From Candidatus Magasanikiibacteriota bacterium (GTDB lineage Bacteria > Patescibacteriota > Patescibacteriia > Magasanikbacterales > GWA2-37-8): a stretch of DNA of 64,000 nt. The position numbers were made by a program, and so were the translations under genes. The notes under the pieces are model-generated. The model saw nothing but the letters and a program-made list of their open reading frames with translations. It was not told the origin of the DNA and searched no databases. The stretch covers positions 9,075-73,074 of the forward strand of contig JAPLWQ010000002.1 in the NCBI GenBank assembly GCA_026396515.1, given 5' to 3'. Below, piece by piece: positions 29,788-38,585 of the stretch (its first letter is position 1; each line of letters begins with the position of its first letter).

Positions 29788-29861
29788 GAACCCACGGTCC
29801 GGTTTAGAGCCGAACGACACGTTAGCACCGTGTTGCTTTAGACCAGCTCAGCCACCCTTCC
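29771..29861 (-). tRNA. tRNA-Ser (anticodon GCU), type II with long variable arm
   Basis: Minus-strand sequence GGAAGGGTGGCTGAGCTGGTCTAAAGCAACACGGTGCTAACGTGTCGTTCGGCTCTAAACCGGACCGTGGGTTCAAATCCCACCCCTTCCG. It folds as 7-bp acceptor, 3-bp D-stem, anticodon stem ACACG/CGTGT with loop GUGCUAA (U33, GCU, A37), 6-bp variable arm, T-arm GTGGG-TTCAAAT-CCCAC, discriminator G. CCA is not encoded. Confidence 0.8.
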
Positions 29862-29981
29862 AATGTTTACCCTGTAAATTTGTGCTATAATTATAGCAAT
29901 AAATTGGCCGAAAGTCAACCCTGTTAAACGCCCTTCGGGCTATTCACCACCGGCGAATTATCTAACAGGTAAAGAAATACT

Positions 29982-31571
29982 ATGCTTCAAAAAATCGCAA
30001 AAATTGCCTTAATCCTTGCCGGATATTTCCTGGTTATTTCATTTGTTTCCAATACTTTTGACGGCGATTTCGGCTGGCACTTACGTTTCGGCCGCGATGC
30101 TTTTGCCGGCAATTTTCAATATTTAGACACCTATACATGGCCTCACTTCGGACTGTCATGGACAAACCACGAGTGGGGCGGAGATTTGTTGTTCTGGCTG
30201 TTATATTCGTCTTTCGGCTATTTTTCTCTGGTGCTTCTAATCTCAGCCGCAATATGGGGTGCATTTTTGCTGGCGCAAAAAATATTTTTTAAAAAAATCA
30301 GCATCAGCGGAATAATACTTTCTCTTGCCGGCATTGCCTGCCTAAAATTTTTATTGGGTCTTCGTCTGGCATTCTTAGTATTAATGCTGTTTACGCTTCT
30401 CTGGCTAACTTTGGAAAAGTTGCCGAAAATAAAATCATATTTTCTTTGGCCGCCGCTTCTGTGGCTATGGTCGGCTCTCCATGGCAGCTGGGCACTCGGT
30501 TTTATTATTATCAATATATATACATTCGGCAATATTATATATTTAATGATAAAAAATAAATTTCCCCGCTTGGCCGGCAAAGACACGGGTTGGACCGGTA
30601 AAACCATTCTCGCTTCATTTTTCTGGCAGGCAATCTCGGCGCTGTTTCTGCTCTTCAATCCCTATGGCACAAAAATATGGACAGAGGTCGGCGAATATTT
30701 TACATCCGGATATTTTAAAACAATAATTACCGAGTGGATTCCGAGCTATGCCTATCCTGTCTATGTTTGGCCGCTTATTATCGCGGCATTTACCGCGGTA
30801 TTCGCCGTCTGGGGCTGGCTTACTAAAAAGGTAACATTAGCGCAATTGCTTTTTTTCTTCGCCATTTTTTATTCTGCCTGGCAATACAAACGCAACAATG
30901 TCTATCTTGTACTAATCTGCATACCGGCGCTGACTATAATATTTGGCTTGGCAAAAGAAAAAATTATTTCCGCATTTAACTTAAAAACGACAGTGCAGGA
31001 AAGAATAGCGCTTGTTTCCGCGGCACTAGCAATAATGCTAATTGCGCTATTCGCGCCTTCAGTCAGAATAAATAGCGACATCTGGAAAGACCGCGAACTA
31101 TTATTGCGCTATCCATTTCCATACGATGCGGTTGAATTTCTGACCAAAGAAACAGTTGGCCGGCAAATTTATCTGTTTAATGAATTTCATTGGGGTGGAT
31201 ACTTGAACTGGACGATGCCTGATACCCTCATATATTTTGACGGGCGCGGCACGGCCACCTGGAAATACAGCAATGATGAAACACGCCTGGAGCGGTACAG
31301 AAAAATAAAGTACCAGGCCGGCGGTTTTAATGAGCTCGAACAGGGTCCGGCAGAATATGTGATACTTAGCCAATATTATGCCAGCTACAAAAAACCGAAT
31401 ATGATTAACAAAATTATTTTCGGAGAAAAAGGCATTGCCGAAGCGTTGGTGCCGGATCCGCCTCAATTGGAAAAAATGCTGAGAAAAAGCGGAAGCTGGC
31501 AGATAATTTTCGAGGATAAAATCGCGATTGTTTGGAAAAGAGTCAATAAAACCTCACCCACTACCAAATAA
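29982..31571 (+). CDS. polytopic membrane protein, GT-C-like putative glycosyltransferase
   Basis: 529 aa. About 12 TM helices in the first ~350 aa, then a soluble C-terminal domain. Aromatic-rich loops (HEWGGDLLFW). Confidence 0.4.
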   Translation: MLQKIAKIALILAGYFLVISFVSNTFDGDFGWHLRFGRDAFAGNFQYLDTYTWPHFGLSWTNHEWGGDLLFWLLYSSFGYFSLVLLISAAIWGAFLLAQKIFFKKISISGIILSLAGIACLKFLLGLRLAFLVLMLFTLLWLTLEKLPKIKSYFLWPPLLWLWSALHGSWALGFIIINIYTFGNIIYLMIKNKFPRLAGKDTGWTGKTILASFFWQAISALFLLFNPYGTKIWTEVGEYFTSGYFKTIITEWIPSYAYPVYVWPLIIAAFTAVFAVWGWLTKKVTLAQLLFFFAIFYSAWQYKRNNVYLVLICIPALTIIFGLAKEKIISAFNLKTTVQERIALVSAALAIMLIALFAPSVRINSDIWKDRELLLRYPFPYDAVEFLTKETVGRQIYLFNEFHWGGYLNWTMPDTLIYFDGRGTATWKYSNDETRLERYRKIKYQAGGFNELEQGPAEYVILSQYYASYKKPNMINKIIFGEKGIAEALVPDPPQLEKMLRKSGSWQIIFEDKIAIVWKRVNKTSPTTK

Positions 31572-31580
31572 GGACTAGCC

Positions 31581-31883
31581 GACTCCACCCCAACCCTCCT
31601 CTTATCAAGAGGAGGGAGGCAACGCTTCCTTCTCCTTTGCATCGATTAAACCTCACCCCAACCCTCTCCTTATTAAGGAGAGGGAGGTGACGCTTCCCCT
31701 CTCTTACAAAGAGAGGGGTTAGGGGAGAGTCATCAACTCCACCCCAACCCTCCTCTTGTTAAGAGGAGGGAGGCGACGCTTCCCCTCTTTTACAAAGAGA
31801 GGGGTTAGGGGAGAGTTTGTTAAGAGGAGGGAGGTGACGCTTCCCCTCTCTTACAAAGAGAGGGGTTAGGGGAGAGTCAGATG
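31581..31883. repeat. tandem array (about 3.5 units of about 80 bp) of double-hairpin palindromic elements
   Basis: Unit is CTCCACCCCAACCCTCCTCTT-NNN-AAGAGGAGGGAGGYGACGCTTCCCCTCTCTTACAAAGAGAGGGGTTAGGGGAGAGT. Each unit has two perfect 10-11-bp inverted repeats. No unique spacers, so not a CRISPR array. Lies between convergent genes 29982..31571 and 31907..32608. Confidence 0.75.
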
Positions 31884-31906
31884 TTTCCTCTTATTAAGGG
31901 AAACTA

Positions 31907-32608
31907 TCAAATAGCTCTGGCCAAAGTAATCGCCCAAACTGTTTTTGAGCCACCGATTTTCAGCACTTTGGCACACTCATTTAATGTCGCGCCGGTAGTA
32001 TAGACATCATCAACTAAAATAACGGAATTAGGCACTGCGTCGCTTTTTACAGCAAAAGCGCCGTCCACATTTATTTCCCTTTCTTCTTTTGTCAGTTTTG
32101 CCTGTTGAGCGGTGGCGCGCAGCCGTGACAGGATACTATCATTAACTTCATACTTTCTTTGCGGAAAGATTTTTTTTATTTCCTGATAAATTATATCCGC
32201 CAATATTTTGGCTTGGTTAAATCCCCTCTCTCTTTCACGGCGGGGGAAAAGCGGTACGGGCAAGATCACACCTTCTTCAGGAATAGGAATACCCGATAAA
32301 TACCGCCCGATCAGCATTTGCCAGACCGATTGAATGTCATGCGCGTATTTATATTTAAAATCGCGTATCAATTTCGCTGACGGCTCGGCCTCCGTATAAC
32401 TCATTAAAGCCGAGACGCCGTCTAAATTGAAAAATCCGCGGCAGCCAAGGCAAAGCTCACCGCTGTTTTGTTTTCCACAGCCCGGACATCTTAGCACCGG
32501 AGATATTTTTTGTTTTTCAAAACACTTTTCACACCACCAGACGCCTTCTTTTCCGCATTCGGCGCAATAAACCGGAAATAGAATATCTTTAACCAGCTTT
32601 ATTATCAT
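31907..32608 (-). CDS. comF: ComF family protein (phosphoribosyltransferase-domain competence protein)
   Basis: N-terminal 4-Cys zinc finger (CAECGK ... CEKC ... CPGCGK ... CLGC) and C-terminal PRTase motif VILVDDVYTTGATL. Start taken at MIIKLVKD (32606-32608), just after the upstream terminator hairpin. Confidence 0.7.
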   Translation of the reverse strand: MIIKLVKDILFPVYCAECGKEGVWWCEKCFEKQKISPVLRCPGCGKQNSGELCLGCRGFFNLDGVSALMSYTEAEPSAKLIRDFKYKYAHDIQSVWQMLIGRYLSGIPIPEEGVILPVPLFPRRERERGFNQAKILADIIYQEIKKIFPQRKYEVNDSILSRLRATAQQAKLTKEEREINVDGAFAVKSDAVPNSVILVDDVYTTGATLNECAKVLKIGGSKTVWAITLARAI

Positions 32609-32612
32609 ATTA

Positions 32613-32640
32613 CAAAGACGCCCTTGCGGGCGTCTTAAAA
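32613..32640 (-). terminator. terminator hairpin at the end of the T4SS-like operon
   Basis: AAGACGCCCTTGCGGGCGTCTT: perfect 9-bp stem, loop TTGC. Followed on the minus-strand RNA by UUUGUAAUAU. Sits between the stop at 32652 and the comF ATG. Confidence 0.5.
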
Positions 32641-32651
32641 AATCATTTATG

Positions 32652-33248
32652 CTATTTAACCCATTCAAATTTATCCACTAGCCAAATGCCTTTTGTTTCC
32701 ACCAGCCAAACCTTTGCCTTTTCATTCGTTTGCGTTGTGCTTGAACCCTTGGTAGTTATTCGCTGGGCAGACACTTCTACCATGGCTTTTCCGCTGGCGT
32801 ATTCAACGACATCAGACGCCACCGCATTGGTGGTTACACCGAGAAACACCGCCGGTTTGCCTGTGCCAATCTTTTTTTCAAGTTCAGACCAATAACTCAT
32901 TGTCACCAATGTCTCCACTTCGCGGATATTAGCAAAATCACTATCCGAAGAATATGTGCCATAGCGCTCGGTGAATATTTTTGCCATTTGCTTCGCCCCG
33001 TTTTTTAGCGCTTCTTCCGTAGTAAGCGGTTTCACCGGTATTCCAGTCGGTACGACAACCGGCGGCGGGGTGATCTGTACAGGAAAATTAGTTGAATCAA
33101 TCTGACCGGTCTGGTCTTCAGCCGGCGGCTGTTCAACCGGCGGCGCCGCTTTTTGGCGGACAAAAACAATAATACCGACGCTGATTCCCAGTATAATCAA
33201 AACAATCAAACTGATAAAAATAAACAGACGGGAGCGAAGTGTGGTCAT
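32652..33248 (-). CDS. bitopic membrane protein, possible VirB8-like T4SS component
   Basis: 198 aa. N-terminal TM, Pro-rich linker, about 110-aa globular C-terminal domain. The VirB8-like assignment rests on architecture and operon context only. Confidence 0.3.
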   Translation of the reverse strand: MTTLRSRLFIFISLIVLIILGISVGIIVFVRQKAAPPVEQPPAEDQTGQIDSTNFPVQITPPPVVVPTGIPVKPLTTEEALKNGAKQMAKIFTERYGTYSSDSDFANIREVETLVTMSYWSELEKKIGTGKPAVFLGVTTNAVASDVVEYASGKAMVEVSAQRITTKGSSTTQTNEKAKVWLVETKGIWLVDKFEWVK

Positions 33249-33289
33249 ATGTTTTCAAATATTTATGCTGCCGGTCCGCGCCGGCGCCA

Positions 33290-35158
33290 TTATTTATTTT
33301 CTGCAACAAATTCTTTTTTTGCTTTTTCAATGGCCAGAAGCTGTTCGGGGTTGGTAGTGACTATCTGATCTTCGGTATATGATGCCACCACTTTAATGGC
33401 GGCGTGTTTCCGGCCGGCAAAAAATATTCCTTCGCCTACTCCGGACTCAAGCAACAAATATTTTTCACTATCGGTCAATACAAATACTTTCTGAATCAGA
33501 TCAATAGACGCCGGCGACTGACGCAATAATAATTGCAGGGCCGAGTTGGTGACGATCGCCTGCCCATATTGCGATTTCAAAAAGTCGTTCACATCCTGAG
33601 TGATAGTGGTAACGCCGAGATAATATTTACGGCAGCGTTTCACCAGAGCATAAATGAAACGCGCCGAATCTTCGTGCATCATCAGCCACCAGGCCTCGTC
33701 GATCACCAATATTCTTTTCTTGCGCTCCGAGCGCACCACATTCCAAATATAGTTCACAATGGTATATATGGCAATCGGCCGAAGTTCATCTTCCAAATCC
33801 CGCACCGAATAAATGACCAGCTGATTTTTCATATCAACATTGGTCGGCGAGTTGAACAAGCCGCTGAAAGTGCCTTCAGTATATTTTTGCAATTTTAAGA
33901 CAAGCTCTTCCGACCCTTGCATTCCCTCCAATATCTCCACCAAATCCTGCATAATCGGCGGCTTAACCGTGGCCAAATCGGCATCGGGCGTAATATCCTT
34001 CTTGGCGTAGGTTTCAATCAATGCACGGTCAATAATAGCGTCTTGTTCAACGGTCAGACCGCCAAGCATGATGCGCAGGAGCCCTTTCACAGTAATAACC
34101 GCTCCGCGGATCACGTCTTCGGTGGATATTTCCATACCCATCGGCCGGGGCAGATCAAATGGATTAATTTTAGCTTCTGATGAAAGAGAAATGTTAACAT
34201 AAGTACCGCCGACAGCGTCGCTTAAATGCTTATATTCCATTTCCGGGTCGATAACAATCACATCCACGCCCATCATCATGGTACGCAGAATTTCCAGCTT
34301 AATGGCATAACTTTTCCCGGCGCCGGAAGTGGCGAACACCACCATATTGGCGTTTTGCAGGGAAAACCGTTCAAATAAAATCAAGCTGTTGTTGTGGCGG
34401 TTAATGCCGTAAAGTATGCCGTCATCAGATGTCAGCTCGGCGGATATAAAAGGAAACGACGCGGCAATCGGAGAGCTGTTCATGTTGAAGGCAACATACA
34501 ATTCATCATTACATAAAGGCAAAGTGGAATTATAGCCCTGCTCTGATTGATACAAAACCTTTCGGGTCATAATCAGCTTGCCGCCGAAAATATTTTCAAT
34601 ATCCTCGGTGGTCTGGTCCAATTCTTCTTTTTTTCGCGCATAAATTGTGGCGTAAAAACAGAATTGAAAAAAATGTTCGGTGCCCTGCGTTAAATTATCC
34701 CGCAATTGCTCAATATCGCGCAAAGCTGTTTCGCGGATCGGATCGCGCGGTGCGCCTTTTTCCGTATCGGCATTAATCTGCGCTTCCAAGGCGCCGACTT
34801 TATTTTTTAATTGTTTTAAAATGACGGCTGATTTTACCGGATAGAAAAACATGGCCAAATCCATGGTGACGGAAAGATTGATAACGGGCGAGGCCCAGCC
34901 GATGGAAATGTAGCGCGGATAGGCGGTGATAAAAAGCGTGCGGCAAAAAGCATCACCAAGCTGAACAAAACTTGACTCCACGCGAAAAGCGGAAGGCGCC
35001 ACCAAATCGCGGATGGACACCACGCCTTCACGATATATTTTTTCCTCTTCAAGCGTCACCAGCTCTTCAGATGCTTTTCTCTTAAGCTCACTGGTTTCGG
35101 TCTGCAGGCGGCTGGTGGCCTGTTTTTGTTCTTTAATCGCCGATGGTTTAAATGCCAT
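33290..35158 (-). CDS. virB4: VirB4/TrbE/CagE-family type IV secretion ATPase (C-terminal 622-aa part)
   Basis: Walker A FATSGAGKSYAI, Walker B RILVIDEAWWLM, and VirB4-type N-proximal block (LGDAFCRTLFITAYPRYISIGW). Confidence 0.75.
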   Translation of the reverse strand: MAFKPSAIKEQKQATSRLQTETSELKRKASEELVTLEEEKIYREGVVSIRDLVAPSAFRVESSFVQLGDAFCRTLFITAYPRYISIGWASPVINLSVTMDLAMFFYPVKSAVILKQLKNKVGALEAQINADTEKGAPRDPIRETALRDIEQLRDNLTQGTEHFFQFCFYATIYARKKEELDQTTEDIENIFGGKLIMTRKVLYQSEQGYNSTLPLCNDELYVAFNMNSSPIAASFPFISAELTSDDGILYGINRHNNSLILFERFSLQNANMVVFATSGAGKSYAIKLEILRTMMMGVDVIVIDPEMEYKHLSDAVGGTYVNISLSSEAKINPFDLPRPMGMEISTEDVIRGAVITVKGLLRIMLGGLTVEQDAIIDRALIETYAKKDITPDADLATVKPPIMQDLVEILEGMQGSEELVLKLQKYTEGTFSGLFNSPTNVDMKNQLVIYSVRDLEDELRPIAIYTIVNYIWNVVRSERKKRILVIDEAWWLMMHEDSARFIYALVKRCRKYYLGVTTITQDVNDFLKSQYGQAIVTNSALQLLLRQSPASIDLIQKVFVLTDSEKYLLLESGVGEGIFFAGRKHAAIKVVASYTEDQIVTTNPEQLLAIEKAKKEFVAENK

Positions 35159-35162
35159 ATTT

Positions 35163-35849
35163 TTAAGCGTTTTCCGCGTTTAATGTTTCAAGCGGAGCGA
35201 GCGGTTCTGACAAAGCGATATCCGGATTATAGGTGGTATAAAATAATTCAATCAGCGACTGCGTGTCCAGCCGCACCACTTCCAAACCCATACTGGTCAG
35301 GCCAGATTCAATCTGGCGCACGCGCATATCCAGATCATATTTTCTTTTCATAAACCTTTCTTCTTTCAGACGCACTGTGATTGCCGGATTGATAACTTCC
35401 GAAGCGCGCGACCAAAAACCGCGCTTTTTATTTGATAACGGGTCATACGGCACAATCACATAGAACAGTTTGCTCATAATCTTCCCCAAACTGACCAATT
35501 CGGAAACAAATGAGCGGTAGTCGGCAATCTGCATCCTTAATAATTCATTCGGTTGTTCGCGCTCTTTCCTCGCCAATTTTTCCAAATACGGTTTAACATT
35601 CAGCTGACGGGATTGAATAACAATCTGTAAAGGATGGTCTAAACCGTTTAAAAAAGATACATATGAAAAAACAATGGCTTGCTGTTCGTCCTCATTTTTA
35701 AGCGAAAAATTAATACTGGATACCATAAGCACAGACCGCAGGGTGCCGTCTTTCATCACAACGGTATCGTTCTTAATTTCGGCGATAGACAAATTTTTTT
35801 GCGTGGTTGGAATCGCCGCCCGTTTATTTGATGCTTTTTTATTTTTCAT
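35163..35849 (-). CDS. VirB4 N-terminal domain encoded as a separate 228-aa ORF (split or frameshifted virB4)
   Basis: IAEIKNDTVVMKDGTLRSVLMVSSINFSLKNEDEQQAIVFSYVSFLNGLDHPLQIVIQSRQ resembles the extreme N-terminal CagE/TrbE/VirB4 block. Its stop lies 4 nt from the ATG of 33290..35158, in a different frame, at an A5 run. Confidence 0.45.
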   Translation of the reverse strand: MKNKKASNKRAAIPTTQKNLSIAEIKNDTVVMKDGTLRSVLMVSSINFSLKNEDEQQAIVFSYVSFLNGLDHPLQIVIQSRQLNVKPYLEKLARKEREQPNELLRMQIADYRSFVSELVSLGKIMSKLFYVIVPYDPLSNKKRGFWSRASEVINPAITVRLKEERFMKRKYDLDMRVRQIESGLTSMGLEVVRLDTQSLIELFYTTYNPDIALSEPLAPLETLNAENA

Positions 35850-35869
35850 ACGTTCATTAAAACACTAAA

Positions 35870-36334
35870 CTAATCTTCTGCCTGATAATAACCGCCTGTA
35901 TTAACTGTTAAAGACAGATCGCGAATCCGGCTGTATGAAAGGCGCGGAATCGGTTTCGCCGCTTCCGGAATCGTTACCACGCCCTCGGCCTGAAGGCGCT
36001 TTATTTCGCCGGTGTTATAAATTTTATTCCAAATGCGCAAAGCCGGCCGGCGCAGCGTCTGTACTATGTTTAATAAAAAATAGTGGAATGCCTGCCCGTT
36101 GATTTTTACAAAGGCGATGATGAGCGAACCGCCTCCGATTACGGCGGTTAAAAAAATGAATAAAGCAAAATCGGCCAATTTGAAGGTGACAAATAATACC
36201 AGGCCGGCCACCAGCAAAATAACAAACTGCCGGGCGGTAATCGGACCGAATATTTTATCCTCCACATCAATAAATTGCGGGACAACAAATTGCGTTTGCA
36301 TAGCTATATTACAACAATTCTTTTTCCATCTCAA
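35870..36334 (-). CDS. small two-TM membrane protein, VirB3/PrgI-like candidate
   Basis: 154 aa with two hydrophobic helices, positioned directly upstream of virB4 as VirB3 homologues usually are. Confidence 0.35.
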   Translation of the reverse strand: MRWKKNCCNIAMQTQFVVPQFIDVEDKIFGPITARQFVILLVAGLVLFVTFKLADFALFIFLTAVIGGGSLIIAFVKINGQAFHYFLLNIVQTLRRPALRIWNKIYNTGEIKRLQAEGVVTIPEAAKPIPRLSYSRIRDLSLTVNTGGYYQAED

Positions 36335-37505
36335 TTATCGCCTGAATCTCGGGTATCTGTATTCTGGCGGTATCGGCCGATAATATTTCTGATAATTTTT
36401 TCTTTGTATTCAGCGCTTCGGTAACGGCTCCGGAATAATCAATAAACAGCGGGCTTCGGCGCCAGGCGGCTAAGCCGTCGAGATACCAGACATATGATTC
36501 TTCCCGCAAATTGAGAAATTTTTGTTTGAGACGAGACGCGGCTTCGGCCGGATTCGATGATAGACGGCGAAAATCGGTTAAAGACATGAACTCTATTTCA
36601 TCAATCGGGCCCAGATTTGACGGTCTTGCCGGCGTGATATCGCGGACAATCGGTCGGACCGGCGGAGCTGAAGTTTCCCTATCCTTACTAAGGAGAGGGC
36701 TGGGGTGAGGTAAACCTGTCCGCATTGTCTGTGGCGCTCTGACAAATGTATTTACCGGGGAAGATGTTGAAGGCAGGACATCTTCACTCTCTTTCATTAA
36801 TGCTGTCGGCATGCCCATTGGTTTAACCAACGGCTTGCCCACTGTTGCCGCCGGCGGAATTTCTTCTTCCAATAAAGAAGTAGCGTCATTTTTTCCAAAA
36901 CGGGCGGTAGGCGCCGGAGCCGCCGGTTTTGCCGGCATCGGAGTTTTACGATCTTCAATTATTTTCAGAACGGGAGGTACTGGTTTGGGCATCGACGGCT
37001 TAATGATTACTGCCGGTTTAATTTCAGGTTTTGACTGAACAATTTCCGCTGCCAGGGCTTTAATTCCCCCCGGATTCAAAGCAATTTTTTTGGCCGCGGC
37101 CAACTTTGGCGGTCGCGCTATTGGTTGAATTTTTGGCGGTAATACTGGCTTTGCCGGCACATTTTCTGTTTCAATGATTTCTGACGCAAGCAATTTTATG
37201 GCAGCCAAATTCGGCACGGACTTTTTTAGAACCGGTCTTGACGGCTGAACCGGCGGAGCTGATACCTCCCTCTCCTTACTAAGGAGAGGGTTGGGGTGAG
37301 GTAAGCCAGTCCGCATCGTCTGCGGAGCAGGCGCCGGTGTAACCGGGGTAATAGCCGGCTTAAGAGCGGGCGCAGGCTTATTTTTGCGCGCCTTAAAATC
37401 GGCCAAAGAAATTTTTTCAATGGTTCCGTCCGGTTTTTTAACAGTAATCATGGTGTTATCCGCCATATCAAACGCTCCATTTAAATTTATTATCCGCTTC
37501 GTCAA
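36309..37505 (-). CDS. proline-rich repeat protein of the T4SS-like operon (contains two in-frame palindromic elements)
   Basis: 398 aa, extended P/A/K-rich sequence. An internal ~30-aa duplication (QTMRTGLPHPNPLLSKEREVSAPPVQP and QTMRTGLPHPSPLLSKDRETSAPPVRP) is encoded by palindromic element copies at about 36678-36711 and 37268-37301. The true start may be MADNTMITV at about 37466, which would remove the overlap with the upstream gene. Confidence 0.45.
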   Translation of the reverse strand: MTKRIINLNGAFDMADNTMITVKKPDGTIEKISLADFKARKNKPAPALKPAITPVTPAPAPQTMRTGLPHPNPLLSKEREVSAPPVQPSRPVLKKSVPNLAAIKLLASEIIETENVPAKPVLPPKIQPIARPPKLAAAKKIALNPGGIKALAAEIVQSKPEIKPAVIIKPSMPKPVPPVLKIIEDRKTPMPAKPAAPAPTARFGKNDATSLLEEEIPPAATVGKPLVKPMGMPTALMKESEDVLPSTSSPVNTFVRAPQTMRTGLPHPSPLLSKDRETSAPPVRPIVRDITPARPSNLGPIDEIEFMSLTDFRRLSSNPAEAASRLKQKFLNLREESYVWYLDGLAAWRRSPLFIDYSGAVTEALNTKKKLSEILSADTARIQIPEIQAIIEMEKELL

Positions 37506-38583
37506 AATACATCAGTTCGGCAATTTTCTGATCATTATATTTCATTGCCGCGCTCTGCAGAGCGGTAAGCACACTGTCCAAGTCAACATACTCGCCTTGA
37601 GCATTTTTCGGAAACACGGCTTCAATTTTTTTCTTTATTTCAGCGTAAGACGGTTTAGCCGGAGCCGGCGGTTTTGGTACGGCAATAGTTTGTTCAATTT
37701 TTTTTGGCGCCTCTAATTTTGGCGGCACCGGCGCAGTTTGTTTTGTAATAACCGGTGCATTCTCCCGGGGCTTCGCATTGGTTTGCATTGCGACAGAAGA
37801 AGACCTTGTCTCAATTGGCATTTTGGGCTTTTCCACCGGAGTGGAATTGCGGACGCCTGTGACTTTTGTCGTCACGGTATCGCCACCCGGGGAATCCGGA
37901 ACAAAAGTGGACGGGTTGGTATAAACAAACACCAAGTCGGGCATCTCTTCAGCCGGTGTGTTCACAAAAAATCGCACTAATTCAACAAATTTCATCACCG
38001 CCTCATCAATTTCAACGAAAGTATATTGTTTCTGATAAATATCTTCATTTAGACCCTTGGGAAAAAACAATTTTTGCATCCGTTCATAAAATTGGGCAAG
38101 GAGCAGCGTCTCTCCTCTGCGGCTGTCAAGAAGAGCTATTTCATCAATCACATTTCTAATCGTGACATCCTGTCCGCCTAATTGTCCTATTACCCACTCG
38201 GACTTCGTGAATGAATCCTTTGCTTTGGAAAAAAATCTTTCAATTTCTTCAGGCAAAGTCATTCTCGTTTGCATATACCACATCAGCCGGTCAAACACAT
38301 CAAACCCAAGCCGGATGGCCTCCGGGGTTTGCTGCTCAATGGCTTTTTGCACGACTGCCTCTCCGGTCGTCCCAAGATACTTCCACGTTCCATACACATA
38401 CAAGCGCCAATAAGTTTTCAGGTATGGCTTAATCTCCTCGTAGCTTTTTCCATCAAAAAAATCGAATAACTCCACGCGGATAATATCCATGTTGCCGGAA
38501 TTAAAACACTGGGTCTCAAAGAAATCCTTTTCCAATTCGGAAAAGTCAATACCGGCTGATAATTTTGGATGATATGACATCAT
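37468..38583 (-). CDS. hypothetical cytoplasmic protein of the T4SS-like operon
   Basis: 371 aa, TGA stop. N-terminal globular domain and a Pro-rich segment (KPPAPAKP). No recognisable motif. Confidence 0.4.
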   Translation of the reverse strand: MMSYHPKLSAGIDFSELEKDFFETQCFNSGNMDIIRVELFDFFDGKSYEEIKPYLKTYWRLYVYGTWKYLGTTGEAVVQKAIEQQTPEAIRLGFDVFDRLMWYMQTRMTLPEEIERFFSKAKDSFTKSEWVIGQLGGQDVTIRNVIDEIALLDSRRGETLLLAQFYERMQKLFFPKGLNEDIYQKQYTFVEIDEAVMKFVELVRFFVNTPAEEMPDLVFVYTNPSTFVPDSPGGDTVTTKVTGVRNSTPVEKPKMPIETRSSSVAMQTNAKPRENAPVITKQTAPVPPKLEAPKKIEQTIAVPKPPAPAKPSYAEIKKKIEAVFPKNAQGEYVDLDSVLTALQSAAMKYNDQKIAELMYFDEADNKFKWSV

Positions 38584-38585
38584 AA

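Noticed and set aside
29533-29841. 102-aa plus-strand ORF in the ORF track
   Set aside because: It overlaps tRNA-Ser and its duplicated GC-rich flank. The reading frame comes from repeated tRNA-derived sequence, so it is spurious.
31581-31883. Possible CRISPR array
   Set aside because: The units are contiguous direct repeats with no unique spacers, each repeat contains two internal palindromes, and there are no cas genes. It is a tandem palindromic-element array.
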